Origin: Octopus sinensis
Lineage: Eukaryota
Direction of reading: 5' to 3'
Assembly (NCBI RefSeq): GCF_006345805.1
Contig: NW_021836359.1
Location: forward strand, 1 to 24,469
Length of the DNA: 24,469 nt
Made by a program: the position numbers and the translations under genes. The number at the start of each line of letters is the position of its first letter. The stretch's first letter is position 1. Shown in pieces: positions 23,374-24,469 of this stretch. The notes under the pieces are model-generated. The model made no database searches, had not been told where the DNA came from, and saw only the letters and a list, made by a program, of their open reading frames with translations.

Positions 23374-23439
<66 letters not shown>

Positions 23440-23484
23440 ATATATATTACTTTATTTTAAGCAGTGCAGAAAATTCAACAGAAT

Positions 23485-23521
23485 CTGTTACTCTGAGTTC
23501 TCGTTGCCGTTCATCAGACAG
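23485..23521 (-). ncRNA. Minimal hammerhead motif, family G left copy (GAA instead of GAAA)
   Basis: Minus strand reads ctgt CTGATGA acggcaacga GA actcagagt A acag. Confidence 0.65.
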
Positions 23522-23536
23522 TTTTGCTAGCAAAAA

Positions 23537-23574
23537 CTGTCTGATGAACGGCAACGAGAAACTCAGAGTAAAAG
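23537..23574 (+). ncRNA. Minimal hammerhead motif, family G right copy
   Basis: ctgt CTGATGA acggcaacga GAA actcagagt A aaag. Core intact, one stem I mismatch (aaag for acag). Confidence 0.7.
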
Positions 23575-23706
23575 ATTTTGTTGAATTTTCTGCTGCTTAA
23601 AATAAAGCATATTACTCTACCACTGGTATTTGAGTACTCTTTTTTCCACCTTGTTTCACATTTATGTGTTTACTCCGGTATATATATATATATATATATT
23701 ACCCTT

Positions 23707-24091
23707 TTACTTGTTTCAGTCATTTGACTGCGGCCATGCTGGAGCACCGCCTTTAATCGAGCAACTCGACCCCGGGACTTATTCTTTTGTAAGCCCAGTA
23801 CTTATTCTATCGGTCTCTTTTGCCGAACCGCTAAGTGACGGGGACGTAAACACACCAGCATCGGTTGTCAAACAATGCTAGGGGGACAGACACAGACACA
23901 CAACATACACGCACACACACATATATATATACATATATACGACGGGCTTCTTTCAGATTCCGTCTACCAAATCCACTCACAAGGCATTGGTCGGCCCGGG
24001 GCTATAGCAGAAGACACTTGCCCAAGGTGCCACGCAGTGGGACTGAACCCGAACCATGTGGTAAGCTACTTACCACACAGCCACTCCTGCG

Positions 24092-24094
<3 letters not shown>
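23707..24094 (-). mobile_element. tRNA-derived SINE, same family as 3708-4106
   Basis: Reverse complement matches 3708-4090, with a short deletion between the A and B boxes and a longer internal TA/TG tract. Confidence 0.9.
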
Positions 24095-24145
<51 letters not shown>

Positions 24146-24148
<3 letters not shown>

Positions 24149-24469
24149 ATTGATTGATTGATTGATTCTAGTTTCAGCTTATGAGCTGTGGCCATGCTGG
24201 GGCACCGCCATTTGGTGTTGCTACTTGGTTTCACTTCATGGAGGCTTTCTAGCAACTGCTATTTGGTGCATGAGAGAGTTCGATGCAGCTGCCCTCATCT
24301 GCCCCTCCTGCCGTGAAGTTGGTTCATCTGCGACACCTGACAGGAAGAGATCCAGCTCCATTTTAAAGACATCTGTATCCACCCCATGCAGGTCTCTCAG
24401 GTTCTTCGGGAGGATATTGAAGAGCTGTGGGCCTTGGAAGCCCAGGCTATCACAGAATCTTGTCCTACA
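24146..24469 (-). mobile_element. CR1-like LINE 3' end, second subfamily, (AATC)n tail; runs off the window
   Basis: Minus strand RTRFCDSLGFQGPQLFNILPKNLRDLHGVDTDVFKMELDLFLSGVADEPTSRQEGQMRAAASNSLMHQI, homologous to 11807-12257. Confidence 0.85.

Larger units (their letters stand above)
21573..23377. mobile_element. Retrozyme-like array: ~487 bp HHR-containing unit, two copies on the minus strand then two on the plus strand (family F)
   Basis: Unit starts at 21573 and 22057; orientation flips at ~22454; mirrored units start at 22455 and 22943. One HHR per unit, no real ORF, (TA)n on both flanks. Confidence 0.75.
23450..23678. mobile_element. Short HHR family G element with an inverted 5' duplication (158 bp palindrome 23450-23607)
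   Basis: Arms mirror around ttttgctagcaaaa (23522-23535); the right arm continues to 23678; (TA)n on both sides. Confidence 0.75.

Noticed and set aside
21573-23377. CRISPR array or MITE/foldback DNA transposon
   Set aside because: No short repeat-spacer pattern, and the two outer ends are at different positions in the unit, so they are not terminal inverted repeats.
23450-23607. miRNA precursor or intrinsic terminator
   Set aside because: The hairpin is explained as an inverted duplication of an HHR repeat whose tail also occurs at 13662-13772; there is no evidence for miRNA processing, and the DNA is eukaryotic.

Overview
AT-rich eukaryotic intergenic DNA with no host gene. It is most likely cephalopod (octopus-like), which I infer from the SINE families and the (TA)n/(CA)n density. 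The window is a nest of retroelement debris: two decayed Penelope-like elements (PLEs, with RT and GIY-YIG endonuclease), several CR1-like LINE fragments, two full tRNA-derived SINEs plus SINE fragments, Tc1/mariner remnants, local duplications and three inverted-repeat structures. The main hidden signal is 14 minimal type I hammerhead ribozyme (HHR) motifs in 7 sequence families, read by eye. Two sit in the PLE 3' ends/pLTRs. The other twelve lie in non-coding units, including a ~487 bp tandem repeat and a ~1.36 kb microsatellite-rich unit that look like retrozyme-like non-autonomous PLE derivatives. In all three inverted structures the ribozymes point outward and end next to (TA)n tracts. 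Part of the 14-23.4 kb duplication/foldback architecture could be a long-read or assembly artefact. Nearly all ORFs listed between 14 and 21 kb are microsatellite translations.
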